Virus record (IMG/VR): IMGVR_UViG_3300014204_000112
Coordinates: 149,923-213,922 of that record
DNA from: a virus
Taxonomy: Duplodnaviria > Caudoviricetes
DNA length: 64,000 bases
Strand: one strand, 5' to 3'
In this document: positions 1-7,920 of the stretch, piece by piece
Layout: every line of letters starts with the position of its first letter
Numbering within the stretch: the stretch's first letter is position 1
Program-made: the position numbers and the translations under genes
Notes under the pieces: model-generated
The model's database searches: none
Told to the model about the DNA's origin: nothing
The model's input: the letters and a program-made list of their open reading frames with translations, nothing else

Positions 1-41
1 AATTGTTTGCATAATTTTCCGCAATACTGGCATTCATGCAT
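1..41 (-). CDS. N-terminus of probable homing endonuclease running off the window (MHECQYCGKLCKQ...)
   Basis: ATG at 41, CxxC start, TATAAATA at 60-67 inside the inverted repeat attcatgca/tgcatgaat, as for the other endonucleases. Confidence 0.6.
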   Translation of the reverse strand, partial: MHECQYCGKLCKQ

Positions 42-113
42 AATAAGTAGGTTTTATTTTATTTATATGTGCATGAATTCAAGCGCTATGCCAAGATAAT
101 AAATTGTTAATAG

Positions 114-199
114 TAGCGGGAGTGGGACTTGAACCCACGTTCTCTTTCGAGTTAGGGCTTATGAGACCCCGCTGGTGGCCACCTCCAGTCGACCCCGCA
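114..199 (-). tRNA. tRNA-Met(CAT), initiator-like, with long variable arm
   Basis: Acceptor tgcgggg/tcccgct with 1:72 mismatch, loop ct-CAT-aa, T arm gtggg-ttcaagt-cccac, about 16-nt extra arm. Confidence 0.8.
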
Positions 200-214
200 A
201 TGTTCCTTGAATAA

Positions 215-333
215 CTTTGGTCAACCACTCGCTACCCACCATTTTGTTAAAGTACGCATTGGTTATACCGCCCTGTTCAGATTTTACTGCATGAGGACTC
301 CCAAGTTCACGTACTATTAACTCCGTGCCAAAG
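215..333 (-). ncRNA. Candidate rod-like structured RNA
   Basis: Nested pairings ctttgg/ccaaag, gttaa/ttaac, gtacgt/gcgtac, ttgg/ccaa, cct/agg, cag/ctg between two tRNAs. Confidence 0.4.
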
Positions 334-358
334 CCTTGTCCGTTGTAAGTCATTCGTG

Positions 359-431
359 TGGAGAAAGACGGATTCGAACCGCCGACGCAAAGATCTTCAG
401 TCTTTCGCTCTACCATCTGAGCTATATCTCC
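359..431 (-). tRNA. tRNA-Phe(GAA)
   Basis: Canonical cloverleaf, aaaga-ctGAAga-tcttt. Confidence 0.95.
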
Positions 432-437
432 AGGTTA

Positions 438-575
438 TTAGGAAGCGACCTCGATTTTCTCGATTCGACTCGAGCTGATGCATTGCTTGACCACAGCTCC
501 GCACATTCACGGTCAAATGAATGCGGCTTATAGGTCCGAGGCGTAAGCGCCAACTACCTTCTACCGACTTCCTAA
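438..575 (-). ncRNA. Candidate multi-stem RNA with kissing loops
   Basis: Closing stem ttaggaag/cttcctaa; two hairpins whose loops carry complementary ttgacc and ggtcaa. Confidence 0.55.
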
Positions 576-582
576 TTTCGTT

Positions 583-660
583 TGGTGCTCCCTACAGGAT
601 TCGAACCTATGACATCTTGCTTGTAAGGCAAGCGCTCTGAACCGACTGAGCTAAGAGAGC
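583..660 (-). tRNA. tRNA-Val(TAC) with encoded CCA
   Basis: Canonical cloverleaf. Confidence 0.95.
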
Positions 661-669
661 AAGTTAGTG

Positions 670-743
670 TGATCGTAGCGGGAGTTGAACCTGCGACCTT
701 TACCATGTCAAGGTAACACTCTAACCAACTGAGCTATACGATC
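670..743 (-). tRNA. tRNA-Val(GAC)
   Basis: Canonical cloverleaf, ttacc-ttGACat-ggtaa. Confidence 0.95.
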
Positions 744-1371
744 ATTTTCGACCAGCGTGCCAACCGTTTTGCAAGTATTGTTCTAGCTGATCACTTTTTA
801 TTTTTTTAGTACTACAATCGTTAGATACCCATACTGTTCCAAATTGAGAATTGTTTGAACCTTTCTGTTTAATAGAATTCATTGATCCGATTTTATCTTT
901 AGTTTCAGCAGTATGATTTTTTCCTACAAAAGTATCGTACTTAATTTTTCCTTTAGTGTGAGACTTTTGCAATCTAACTGAACTTCGTTTGCTTTGGTCT
1001 TCTCTGTATTCTGGATCTTTCCACTTTTTCAACAACCAATCAGTTGCTCCTTTGTGCAATTTTATTTCATGATCAGAATTACATAATCCTCCACCTCCAC
1101 CTGGTTGTAAATTCATGCACATCTTGTCATTCAGGAGATCTTCGTTTATTAGTTGATATTCTCTATTCTTTAATGCTTCTCTGTTCTCCAGGAACTCCAG
1201 AATCTCTTTGGTGTGATTTTGTTTGCCGTATTTATGAATAGAATACCTCAATCTTCTACCGCTTCCCATATACCCATCATTTAAGTTCGAAGTCGAATGC
1301 ATTCCGATGTAGTATCTACCGGTTACATTACATGTGATCTTGTAAATGTAGTGAATTTGTTTTTTTGGCAT
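742..1371 (-). CDS. GIY-YIG (Seg-like) homing endonuclease
   Basis: YIYKIT...YYIG...YMGSG motif, NUMOD3-like HTAETKDKI. Confidence 0.9.
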   Translation of the reverse strand: MPKKQIHYIYKITCNVTGRYYIGMHSTSNLNDGYMGSGRRLRYSIHKYGKQNHTKEILEFLENREALKNREYQLINEDLLNDKMCMNLQPGGGGGLCNSDHEIKLHKGATDWLLKKWKDPEYREDQSKRSSVRLQKSHTKGKIKYDTFVGKNHTAETKDKIGSMNSIKQKGSNNSQFGTVWVSNDCSTKKIKSDQLEQYLQNGWHAGRK

Positions 1372-1417
1372 TTTTGTACTGAGCTTTTTGTTATTTATAT
1401 GAGCTCAAGTACAAAAA
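1371..1417 (-). promoter_or_regulatory. T4-late-type promoter TATAAATA within start-sequestering hairpin
   Basis: tatttata at 1392-1399 flanked by tttttgtactgagct/gagctcaagtacaaaaa. Confidence 0.7.
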
Positions 1418-1427
1418 TGACCAGAGG

Positions 1428-1502
1428 TACCGCATAGGGGATTCGAACCCCTGAATCTCCAGGATGAAAACCTGACGTCCTAACCAGCTAGACGAATGCG
1501 GC
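1428..1502 (-). tRNA. tRNA-Glu(TTC)
   Basis: Canonical cloverleaf. Confidence 0.93.
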
Positions 1503-1507
1503 ATGTT

Positions 1508-1621
1508 TGGAGGTAAGCGCTAGATTCGAACTAGCCACACAGCAGATTGCTCTGCCTCATTATCCGAAGGACTTCGACCCTATGCATCAAATCGAAGCTC
1601 TTAATTCTGTGATAGCTTACC
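1508..1621 (-). ncRNA. tRNA-like RNA with acceptor stem, T arm and CCA but a non-tRNA body
   Basis: ggtaagc/gcttacc-T-CCA, gctag-ttcgaat-ctagc; internal hairpins cttcgatt/ggtcgaag and gcaga-gcaa-tctgc; no D arm. Confidence 0.65.
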
Positions 1622-1634
1622 GTGTGTCTTCCAG

Positions 1635-1708
1635 TACTCCGGGGTGGGATTGAACCACCGACCTTGATCTTATAAGAATCCTGCTACTAACCGCTGAGCT
1701 ACCGGAGC
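1635..1708 (-). tRNA. tRNA-Ile(TAT)
   Basis: Cloverleaf with loop ct-TAT-aa. Confidence 0.85.
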
Positions 1709-1717
1709 AAATAAGTT

Positions 1718-1788
1718 GGAGAGAAAATCGGTAGAGTTGTTTGTTGTAAAACCAAAATTTACGAAGTAACTCTTTCCTTTACTACTCC
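1718..1788 (-). ncRNA. Y-RNA (YrlA)-like module, minimal copy
   Basis: tagtaaaggaaagagttacttcg ... ctctaccgattttctc module shared with six other loci. Confidence 0.55.
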
Positions 1789-1791
1789 TAG

Positions 1792-1866
1792 TGGATACAT
1801 GTGGGCTTCGAACCCACGACCTCCTGATTGCAAAACAGGCGCTCTTGCCATCTGAGCTAATGACCC
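1792..1866 (-). tRNA. tRNA-Ala(TGC), bulged acceptor stem
   Basis: G3.U70, loop tt-TGC-aa. Confidence 0.85.
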
Positions 1867-2495
1867 AAATTTCTACCTTTTATCCAACCAGTTGGAATCA
1901 GTTCGTTTTTTTGTATTTTCTTATTTACTGTTCCATTAGTAATCCACTGAGTTCCGTATTGCGAATTATTAGAACCCAGTTGACTGGTTGAATTCTTTAA
2001 TCCTATTACTTTTTTTGTTTTATCAGTATGCTGCTTTCCTAAAAAATTATCAGTTTTTATTTTACCAGTTTCCCATGCATGCTTCATATTTGCACTAGAA
2101 ATATTATGATACTTTTTTCTAAAGGATTCATCGATTTGCATACGATTCGAAAAAGCAGTATTTCCAGCAGTCCCACATTTTTTCATGTGATTAACATTAC
2201 AAAATCCGCCGCTTCCGCCAGGTTTCAAATTCATACACAGTGGATCATCTAGTAACTCAATATTTACGAGTTGAGTTTCTCTATTGATCAAAGATTCTTT
2301 AGTCTCTAGGAACTCCAGAATCTCCTTAGTGTGATTCTCTCTGCCATGCTTAAGAACTGAATATCTTAATTGTTTGCCGCTTCCGAAATATCCATCTTCT
2401 AAATTTGAAGCTGAATGCATTCCGATGTAATATCTACCAGTTACATTGCATGTGATCTTGTAAATGTAAAAGATTGATTTAGGTTTTCTTGGCAT
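1857..2495 (-). CDS. GIY-YIG (Seg-like) homing endonuclease, paralog of 742..1371
   Basis: Near-identical N-terminal YIYKITCNVTGRYYIGMHS. Confidence 0.9.
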   Translation of the reverse strand: MPRKPKSIFYIYKITCNVTGRYYIGMHSASNLEDGYFGSGKQLRYSVLKHGRENHTKEILEFLETKESLINRETQLVNIELLDDPLCMNLKPGGSGGFCNVNHMKKCGTAGNTAFSNRMQIDESFRKKYHNISSANMKHAWETGKIKTDNFLGKQHTDKTKKVIGLKNSTSQLGSNNSQYGTQWITNGTVNKKIQKNELIPTGWIKGRNLGH

Positions 2496-2551
2496 CTGCC
2501 GTACATTATTTTAGATTATTTATCTAAGACAAGGTACAAAAAATGCCGGGG

Positions 2552-2625
2552 TGGAGATTACGAGATTCGAACTCGTGACATCCTGCTTGCAGGGCAGGCG
2601 CTCTGGCCATCTGAGCTAAATCCCC
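2552..2625 (-). tRNA. tRNA-Ala(TGC), second copy (C33)
   Basis: G3.U70, cctgc-ccTGCaa-gcagg. Confidence 0.88.
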
Positions 2626-2627
2626 AT

Positions 2628-2738
2628 AAGTAGAGAAAGTCGGAAGAGATAACAGGCGGTTTCGACACCGCGACTTTTGTTTAAGAGACAAATACTGGAC
2701 TCCCAGCTCGAAGTAACTCTTTCCATTACTACTACTTT
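2628..2738 (-). ncRNA. Y-RNA-like module replacing the acceptor stem of a tRNA-like body (CTT anticodon-like arm)
   Basis: Module at both ends; inside ctgg/ccag, tttgt-ctCTTaa-acaaa, gcggt-gtcgaa-accgc. Confidence 0.6.
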
Positions 2739-2739
2739 G

Positions 2740-2815
2740 TAGGGTAGGTGGGCTATGACCCCACGTGCTCTTAATCCCAAATCAAGCGAGATAAACCAGA
2801 CTCCTCTACTACCCT
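2740..2815 (-). tRNA. tRNA-Pro(TGG), atypical T loop GTCATAG
   Basis: agggtag/ctaccct, cttga-ttTGGga-ttaag. Confidence 0.8.
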
Positions 2816-3459
2816 GTGATGTTATTTTTTAAGAATGTTTTTATTTGAGATTCCATAAGTTTGAAATTTCGGTGTTTCCATTGTATTCTTACAATTTTCC
2901 AACCTTCCTTTTTTATTATGTTATCTCGATTTACATCATATTCTTTTCTTTCCTCATGTTGTTTTCCATCTATTTCTAAAATTACTTTTTTATCAATGAA
3001 TGCAAAATCAGCAAAAAATCTATTTACTTTATGATCTCTTATGTATTTTATTTGTTCTTTATTAAGAAGATCTATTGTAAATTGTTCAGCCCAAGACGGT
3101 TTCTTATTTAATCGTGAAGGATAACCATTATGTCTACCTTCTTTTGCTAATTGTTTTTGTGTATATGAAGAAGAACAATTCCGCGAACAGAATTTATTAG
3201 TATTTGTTATTAACACTTCTTTTTCTTTTCCGCATACTAAACACGACATTATTTTTCTATCAATTAAATGAAGACCTTTTCTATTAGTTGACGTTCCTTT
3301 CAAAAATGATGGTTTTCCTAATAACGATTTACTAACCTTTTCGTTAATTTCTTTCCGTTTTTCTTTTGTACTAAATCCTCTAGAACATTTAGAAGAACAA
3401 AATCTGCCACTTCCATATTGACCATCATGTGGATTACCACAATTTTCGCAAAGTTTCAT
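2809..3459 (-). CDS. Zn-finger + DUF559/Vsr-like endonuclease
   Basis: CxxC/FCSxxCS repeats, FADF...ILEIDGKQH...DxxRD. Confidence 0.85.
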   Translation of the reverse strand: MKLCENCGNPHDGQYGSGRFCSSKCSRGFSTKEKRKEINEKVSKSLLGKPSFLKGTSTNRKGLHLIDRKIMSCLVCGKEKEVLITNTNKFCSRNCSSSYTQKQLAKEGRHNGYPSRLNKKPSWAEQFTIDLLNKEQIKYIRDHKVNRFFADFAFIDKKVILEIDGKQHEERKEYDVNRDNIIKKEGWKIVRIQWKHRNFKLMESQIKTFLKNNITG

Positions 3460-3511
3460 AAGTTCGTTTATTGTTATTTATATTCGAACCTATCCACTTT
3501 TTTGATCCCGG

Positions 3512-3585
3512 TAGGCAGGGGTGGACTTGAACCACCGGCCTCTTCCTTATCAGAGAAGCGCTCTAACCAACTGAGCTACATGCCC
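3512..3585 (-). tRNA. tRNA-Ile(GAT)
   Basis: Canonical cloverleaf. Confidence 0.93.
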
Positions 3586-3590
3586 GTATA

Positions 3591-3713
3591 TGAAGCAACG
3601 ATTTTCCATGTCAGTAGGACGTTGCCAACCTATCCAGCTTACGATCTGGCTCGCCGTTTGACCTTGCGGTCAGGGAAAGCGAGGAACTACGACCCGGTGG
3701 CCTGCCGGTACAT
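3591..3713 (-). ncRNA. Candidate GC-rich multi-hairpin RNA
   Basis: tgacc-GCAA-ggtca inside ctcgc/gcgag, ccag/ctgg, tagg/ccta, ccgg/ccgg. Confidence 0.45.
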
Positions 3714-3715
3714 CG

Positions 3716-3923
3716 AGCCTTTAGACGGATTCGAACCGCCGACTCCTCAACTACACCGTATGGTCTTGATTCGTGTACACTCCTCTTGATTTTCAGGTTC
3801 GTCTACCTCGAATCTCCTGGTTATCCATTCAAGTTGTCTTACGTACGACGCATTGAACCTTTCGCCAAAATTTCCAAGGTCCGGTCCTAATCCGGACGCT
3901 CTAAGCCGCTGAGCTAAGGGGAT
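3716..3923 (-). ncRNA. tRNA-like RNA with D and T arms and a ~130-nt structured insert at the anticodon position
   Basis: tagctcagcggcttagagc D arm, ggcgg-ttcgaat-ccgtc T arm, weak acceptor stem. Confidence 0.6.
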
Positions 3924-3926
3924 ATT

Positions 3927-4520
3927 TTATTTGTTAAAATTTATTTCGATGAATCTTTTTGTTTGAGTATTAGAAATGTTCCAACTTTTTGATAATTTCG
4001 TAATCCAACCGAATTTCTTTTCTATTGAATCATACTCATTTTTTCTTCTATTAAATTCGTCAGTTTTCATTTTTCCAGCTTCGCTTATCAATCTTTTAGA
4101 TTCAGAAGTATGTCGTTTTCCTTTGAACGATGCAGCACCCAATCTTTTTCTTTTTGATAATGGAATTGGCCAACCCTTGTGTTTTCCTTCAATAACGTTT
4201 TTCTTTATTGATTCTCTTCTCTCTGGTCTGCTCCAAGCGTATTCCCAACCACCTTCTCCTCCAAGCTTGAGATTGTAAGTATCTTCTCTGTTAATAAAGA
4301 ATTCATTTACTAGTTCTTTTTCTTTTTCTAGAGCTTCATTTTTCGTTGGAAAAACGTAAAGAATTTCTTTTCTGAAATTTTGAATCCCATATTTTTTAAT
4401 TGCCGCTTTTAACAATTTTCCAGAACCAAAATACTCGTCATTCAAATTTTTAGTTGAATGATAACCGATGTAAATTTTAGAATTTAAGCAATTTGTTATT
4501 TTGTAAATAGCGTAATACAT
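3927..4520 (-). CDS. GIY-YIG homing endonuclease
   Basis: AIYKIT...IYIG...YFGSG, NUMOD3-like. Confidence 0.9.
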   Translation of the reverse strand: MYYAIYKITNCLNSKIYIGYHSTKNLNDEYFGSGKLLKAAIKKYGIQNFRKEILYVFPTKNEALEKEKELVNEFFINREDTYNLKLGGEGGWEYAWSRPERRESIKKNVIEGKHKGWPIPLSKRKRLGAASFKGKRHTSESKRLISEAGKMKTDEFNRRKNEYDSIEKKFGWITKLSKSWNISNTQTKRFIEINFNK

Positions 4521-4565
4521 TAACCGTAGTTTTGATTTTATTTATATGAATCTGCGGTTAATTTG

Positions 4566-4638
4566 AGCTTCCTGTAGGCTACGACCCCACGACCCTCTGA
4601 GTACAAATCAGATGCTCTACCAACTGAGCTAAGGAAGC
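4566..4638 (-). tRNA. tRNA-Thr(TGT), atypical T loop GTCGTAG
   Basis: tctga-ttTGTac-tcaga. Confidence 0.88.
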
Positions 4639-4648
4639 ATTTTTTGAG

Positions 4649-4721
4649 AGCCTCATACCCGATTCAAACGGGTGACCTACTGAGTACGAATCAGTTGCTC
4701 TATCTGCTGAGCTAAAGAGGC
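4649..4721 (-). tRNA. tRNA-Thr(CGT)
   Basis: actga-ttCGTac-tcagt. Confidence 0.9.
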
Positions 4722-4722
4722 A

Positions 4723-5157
4723 TTATAAATCTTTGGCTGTTACGAATTCCTGTGAACTGATTCGGTTAGGACCTCCATCGACGAAGTACGTAAGATTATT
4801 TCCAGTTCGTATTGCCCATAGTATCAACCAATTAAGAACAGCTGAATCCATTTTAGAAACTGCTTCTATAGCTTGATAATGTTCAATCTTGCCAGTTTTC
4901 TTCGTCACTAGAACGTTGGACAAGCTCGGTTTCATCCACATTGGAAAGTCATCATTCGTTAACCATTCGCACTTGTAAGTTATGCAAGGATCGATCGGTC
5001 TATTCTCGTAAATCGTGCAACCTTTTCCGATTTCTACAAAGTGACAAGGTTTTCCTCGATAGAATCTTTCTCCATGAGCTACTCCGTGTAACCAACCTTC
5101 ACAACATTTCGTGCAATCTCCACAAGTTCTTTTTGGAACATTAACAGTTTTTTCCAT
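4723..5157 (-). CDS. Cys-cluster (YkgJ/CxxCxxCC-like) protein
   Basis: CGDCTKCC...C...CTIYENRP..C. Confidence 0.7.
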   Translation of the reverse strand: MEKTVNVPKRTCGDCTKCCEGWLHGVAHGERFYRGKPCHFVEIGKGCTIYENRPIDPCITYKCEWLTNDDFPMWMKPSLSNVLVTKKTGKIEHYQAIEAVSKMDSAVLNWLILWAIRTGNNLTYFVDGGPNRISSQEFVTAKDL

Positions 5158-5204
5158 TCTAGTAGTTTTACTTATTATACAGAAGGACCGTAACAAGTTT
5201 TATT

Positions 5205-5280
5205 TGGCACCCGCGGAAGGACTTGAACCCTCAACCCTCGGTTTTGGAGACCGGTACTCTACCAATTGAGCTACACGGAT
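5205..5280 (-). tRNA. tRNA-Trp(CCA) with encoded CCA end
   Basis: Canonical cloverleaf. Confidence 0.93.
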
Positions 5281-5285
5281 AAGTT

Positions 5286-5394
5286 TGATTTGAGAATGGT
5301 AAAAAGAGTTTTTTACTAAGCAAGGTTTGGTGCTTGGTGTTGGATTCGAACCAACGATAACCATCGATGTATCTCTTTTTTTTGCTACAAATCA
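5286..5394 (-). ncRNA. Y-RNA (YrlA)-like RNA with T arm
   Basis: tagcaaaaaaaagagatacatcg ... gttgg-ttcgaat-ccaac ... ctctttttaccattctc. Confidence 0.55.
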
Positions 5395-5395
5395 G

Positions 5396-5472
5396 CGGGC
5401 CCAAACGGATTCGAACCGTCCTGAATCTTCTGAGTGACAGTCAGACAGCCACACCTAGCAGCCCCTGAGCCC
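5396..5472 (-). tRNA. tRNA-Asp(GTC)
   Basis: tctga-ctGTCac-tcaga, G73. Confidence 0.9.
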
Positions 5473-6000
5473 ATGTTCTTTTTCTTCAATATTCTGTAGT
5501 TTCCAAACTTCAAACTGAATATTTTGTTCAGATAATGCTTTCCATTTACACTTATCGATTTCAGTTTCAAATCCTTTAACTTCAATGTAATAGGTAGATC
5601 CATTAATATTGATGACTTTGAAATCCAATAGATAATTATGAACTTCGTTATCTGGACCTATGTATTGTATTCGGTCATTTGTGTATTCCCAATCTCTTAT
5701 TAAGTAGTTGGCCTTCCAATTATCAAGAATTTTACAAACTCGTAATTCAAAGGATCCCTGTACCTTGATTGATTTATATTGATACCATTTAGAAGTTCCA
5801 CCAGCTACATAATTATGACCTAACCTATAAGCTTGTTTATGAACTTCTGACCAATTTACTTTATTATGGTTTGACCAACTTCCTCGTAATTTACTAGAAC
5901 AGCTAACTGAGCAACATTTTTGATTTCTTTTATTCCAGTGAACTGAGAATTTAGTCAAACAATATTTACAAATTAACTGCACATCTTCGTGTTTTGTCAT
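5455..6000 (-). CDS. Zn-finger + TnsA-like PD-(D/E)XK endonuclease
   Basis: YLLDF...YIEVKG. Confidence 0.8.
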   Translation of the reverse strand: MTKHEDVQLICKYCLTKFSVHWNKRNQKCCSVSCSSKLRGSWSNHNKVNWSEVHKQAYRLGHNYVAGGTSKWYQYKSIKVQGSFELRVCKILDNWKANYLIRDWEYTNDRIQYIGPDNEVHNYLLDFKVININGSTYYIEVKGFETEIDKCKWKALSEQNIQFEVWKLQNIEEKEHGLRGC

Positions 6001-6046
6001 GGCACTTTATTTATACGCGCCTCGTCTTTCGCCGTGAAGTTAAATG

Positions 6047-6122
6047 TGGTAGGCTCGAAGGGACTTGAACCCTTGACTCCCGCCTTAAAAGGGCGGTACT
6101 CTACCAACTGAGTTACGAACCC
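6047..6122 (-). tRNA. tRNA-Lys(TTT) with encoded CCA
   Basis: Canonical cloverleaf. Confidence 0.95.
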
Positions 6123-6538
6123 GTAATCGCTTCTCGAATCTTTTGTTTATGTTCATCCGATTTAGCTTTACCCCTATTTCCTTTACCACCGTTTGACGAA
6201 CGTTTTCTCAAAAGTTCTTTAGCTTTAACTTTGCCATGTTTATCAATCATTCGTTGATAGATTGATGGCGCTCCATTTTCGTATTCGTCAATTTTATTAT
6301 CTGACTTAGTCCCCCAATACATGTGATTAGGATTACTACATTTTGGATTGTTACAGCCGTGGCAAACAACGATGCTATTTCCATTGACTGGCATTGTCGT
6401 ATCGTAGTGGTATGCAACCAGAGCAACTAACTGAGTAGAGTATTTCAATCCACGTTCGTGGCAAGGTTCCTCTAACTTTAGCATTTGTTTTCTTTGTGCT
6501 CTAGTGTTTTCGATTACAAAATTTTCAACTGATTTCAT
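6113..6538 (-). CDS. HNH-type homing endonuclease with NUMOD3-like tail
   Basis: VCHGCNNPKCSNPNHMYWGT...N, KSDEHKQKI. Confidence 0.8.
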   Translation of the reverse strand: MKSVENFVIENTRAQRKQMLKLEEPCHERGLKYSTQLVALVAYHYDTTMPVNGNSIVVCHGCNNPKCSNPNHMYWGTKSDNKIDEYENGAPSIYQRMIDKHGKVKAKELLRKRSSNGGKGNRGKAKSDEHKQKIREAITGS

Positions 6539-6619
6539 GTTTTAGTTTATATATCTAGAGCAATCTCTTAAAAGTACAGCACTCTAGCGATAATTGGTCT
6601 TTGTTCAATAAATAACGGC

Positions 6620-6817
6620 ATGGTTAATGAACGTTATTTTATGTGCTCCAAGTGCGGAACAGTCGTCGACTCGTTCGGCAAAGCAGTGGATGCAAAGAAA
6701 CTAGAAATAGACATAAAATCTTTAAGAAGTACCACTTGTAAGATTTGTCTTGACTATCAAATCTGGGAAAACAATACTTACTTTTCGAGGACTGATCGGG
6801 ACTCGAACCCGAGATAA
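6620..6817 (+). CDS. Small Zn-finger protein antisense to the array
   Basis: CSKC...CKIC, preceded by aataaata box. Confidence 0.45.
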   Translation: MVNERYFMCSKCGTVVDSFGKAVDAKKLEIDIKSLRSTTCKICLDYQIWENNTYFSRTDRDSNPR

Positions 6818-6857
6818 CCAACTGGATGGGGCGCGCACCAACCACCACGTTCAGCCC
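6788..6857 (-). pseudogene. Degenerate tRNA-like gene (G3.U70, collapsed anticodon arm)
   Basis: gggctga/tcagtcc, tcggg-ttcgagt-cccga, poor anticodon stem. Confidence 0.55.
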
Positions 6858-6864
6858 ATAAATA

Positions 6865-7003
6865 CAAACAAGAACACTGGATAGAGGAATTTGATTGATG
6901 TCAATTTTACAGATTGATGACTTAGACCGCTCGTCCAACGACCCGAAAGCCGTACGGGATTCGAACCCGTGATCGAAGTAACTCTATGACCTTACTATGC
7001 TTG
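6865..7003 (-). ncRNA. Y-RNA-like RNA with circularly permuted tRNA (T arm, closed acceptor, D arm, GTA anticodon arm)
   Basis: tagtaaggtcatagagttacttcg-T arm-acggc tttcg ggtcgt-D arm-tcaat ctGTAaa attga-ctctat. Confidence 0.65.
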
Positions 7004-7451
7004 ATTTCTTATTTACAATGTTTTTTGCTCCGAACGTATGTGTTTGTGAATGACAGTTTGGACACAAAATTCTCAGATTTTGAAGTCTGTGATTTCGGTT
7101 ATTTCCGTCAATATGATCGACTTGTAATGATAAAGGTAGACCGTTCCATTCTGCTGGAGTTCCGCATTCTTCACATCGATCCTCTTTATAACCTTCCAGT
7201 ATCAATCGTCTTTTTAATTTCGATGTCGGATATTCTGGGTGTTTTCCTTCAAGAATGTCTAGCAATTTGAATGCTACTCCTCCGGTTCTTTTCATTTTTC
7301 GTAACTTGACTTCAATTTGTATTCCTAACAAATTGCAATATTTGGTTAGGGTTACTCTACTGATTCCAGTTACTTCTGAAAGTTCCAAAACAGAGCTAAC
7401 GTTCTTGGCATTTTCATTGATTTTGTCTACGATTTCTTGGTTTAGCCGCAT
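6984..7451 (-). CDS. HNH homing endonuclease (start reassigned to MRLNQ)
   Basis: CEECG...LQVDHIDGN..N....NLRILCPNCH; late box at 7463-7470 in ccgcat/atgcgg hairpin. Confidence 0.88.
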   Translation of the reverse strand: MRLNQEIVDKINENAKNVSSVLELSEVTGISRVTLTKYCNLLGIQIEVKLRKMKRTGGVAFKLLDILEGKHPEYPTSKLKRRLILEGYKEDRCEECGTPAEWNGLPLSLQVDHIDGNNRNHRLQNLRILCPNCHSQTHTFGAKNIVNKKSSIVRS

Positions 7452-7504
7452 TGCTTTATTTTTATTTATATGCGGTCTGTTTACCAAAACCTCTGTAAAC
7501 TACG

Positions 7505-7586
7505 TGGGATGTGATGGAGTCGAACCACCCGAGCTTTCACAACAGATTTACAGTCTGCCCCGCTACCATCTACGGAATAACATCCC
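7505..7586 (-). tRNA. tRNA-Tyr(GTA)
   Basis: Type II cloverleaf. Confidence 0.93.
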
Positions 7587-7628
7587 ATTGTCCCTCTATT
7601 TTTGATTTCCTGGAGGGTGCGGAAGGTG

Positions 7629-7746
7629 CGGGAAGGTGAGATTCGAACTCACGAGATCAAATTGACAGTTTGATTGTTTCCGATGCAACTCTTATCATTG
7701 CTATCCTTTCAGAAGAAATTCGACAGAGCGTTTTGAATTTCTTCCC
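7629..7746 (-). ncRNA. tRNA/Y-RNA hybrid, module replaces D arm (GTC arm, G73)
   Basis: gggaag/cttccc, atcaaa-ctGTCaa-tttgat, T arm. Confidence 0.65.
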
Positions 7747-7786
7747 CGAGTGTACCTGTTTTTACTGTACAGGAGAACAGTGTAGG

Positions 7787-7904
7787 AGGGGGAAGTTGGA
7801 TTTGAACCAACGATCAAATTTTCAAGGTTTGATTGTGCCGATGAAACTCTTATCATTGCTATCATCGCTGAAGAAAGTCGACAGAGTCGTTTTTACTTTC
7901 CCCC
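7787..7904 (-). ncRNA. tRNA/Y-RNA hybrid, module replaces D arm (TGA/TTG-like arm)
   Basis: gggggaa/ttccccc, T arm gttgg-ttcaaat-ccaac. Confidence 0.65.
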
Positions 7905-7920
7905 ATGTTTTATTAAGTAT

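Noticed and set aside
3716-3923. tmRNA
   Set aside because: Has a D stem, and lacks a G3.U70 alanine acceptor and an evident tag ORF
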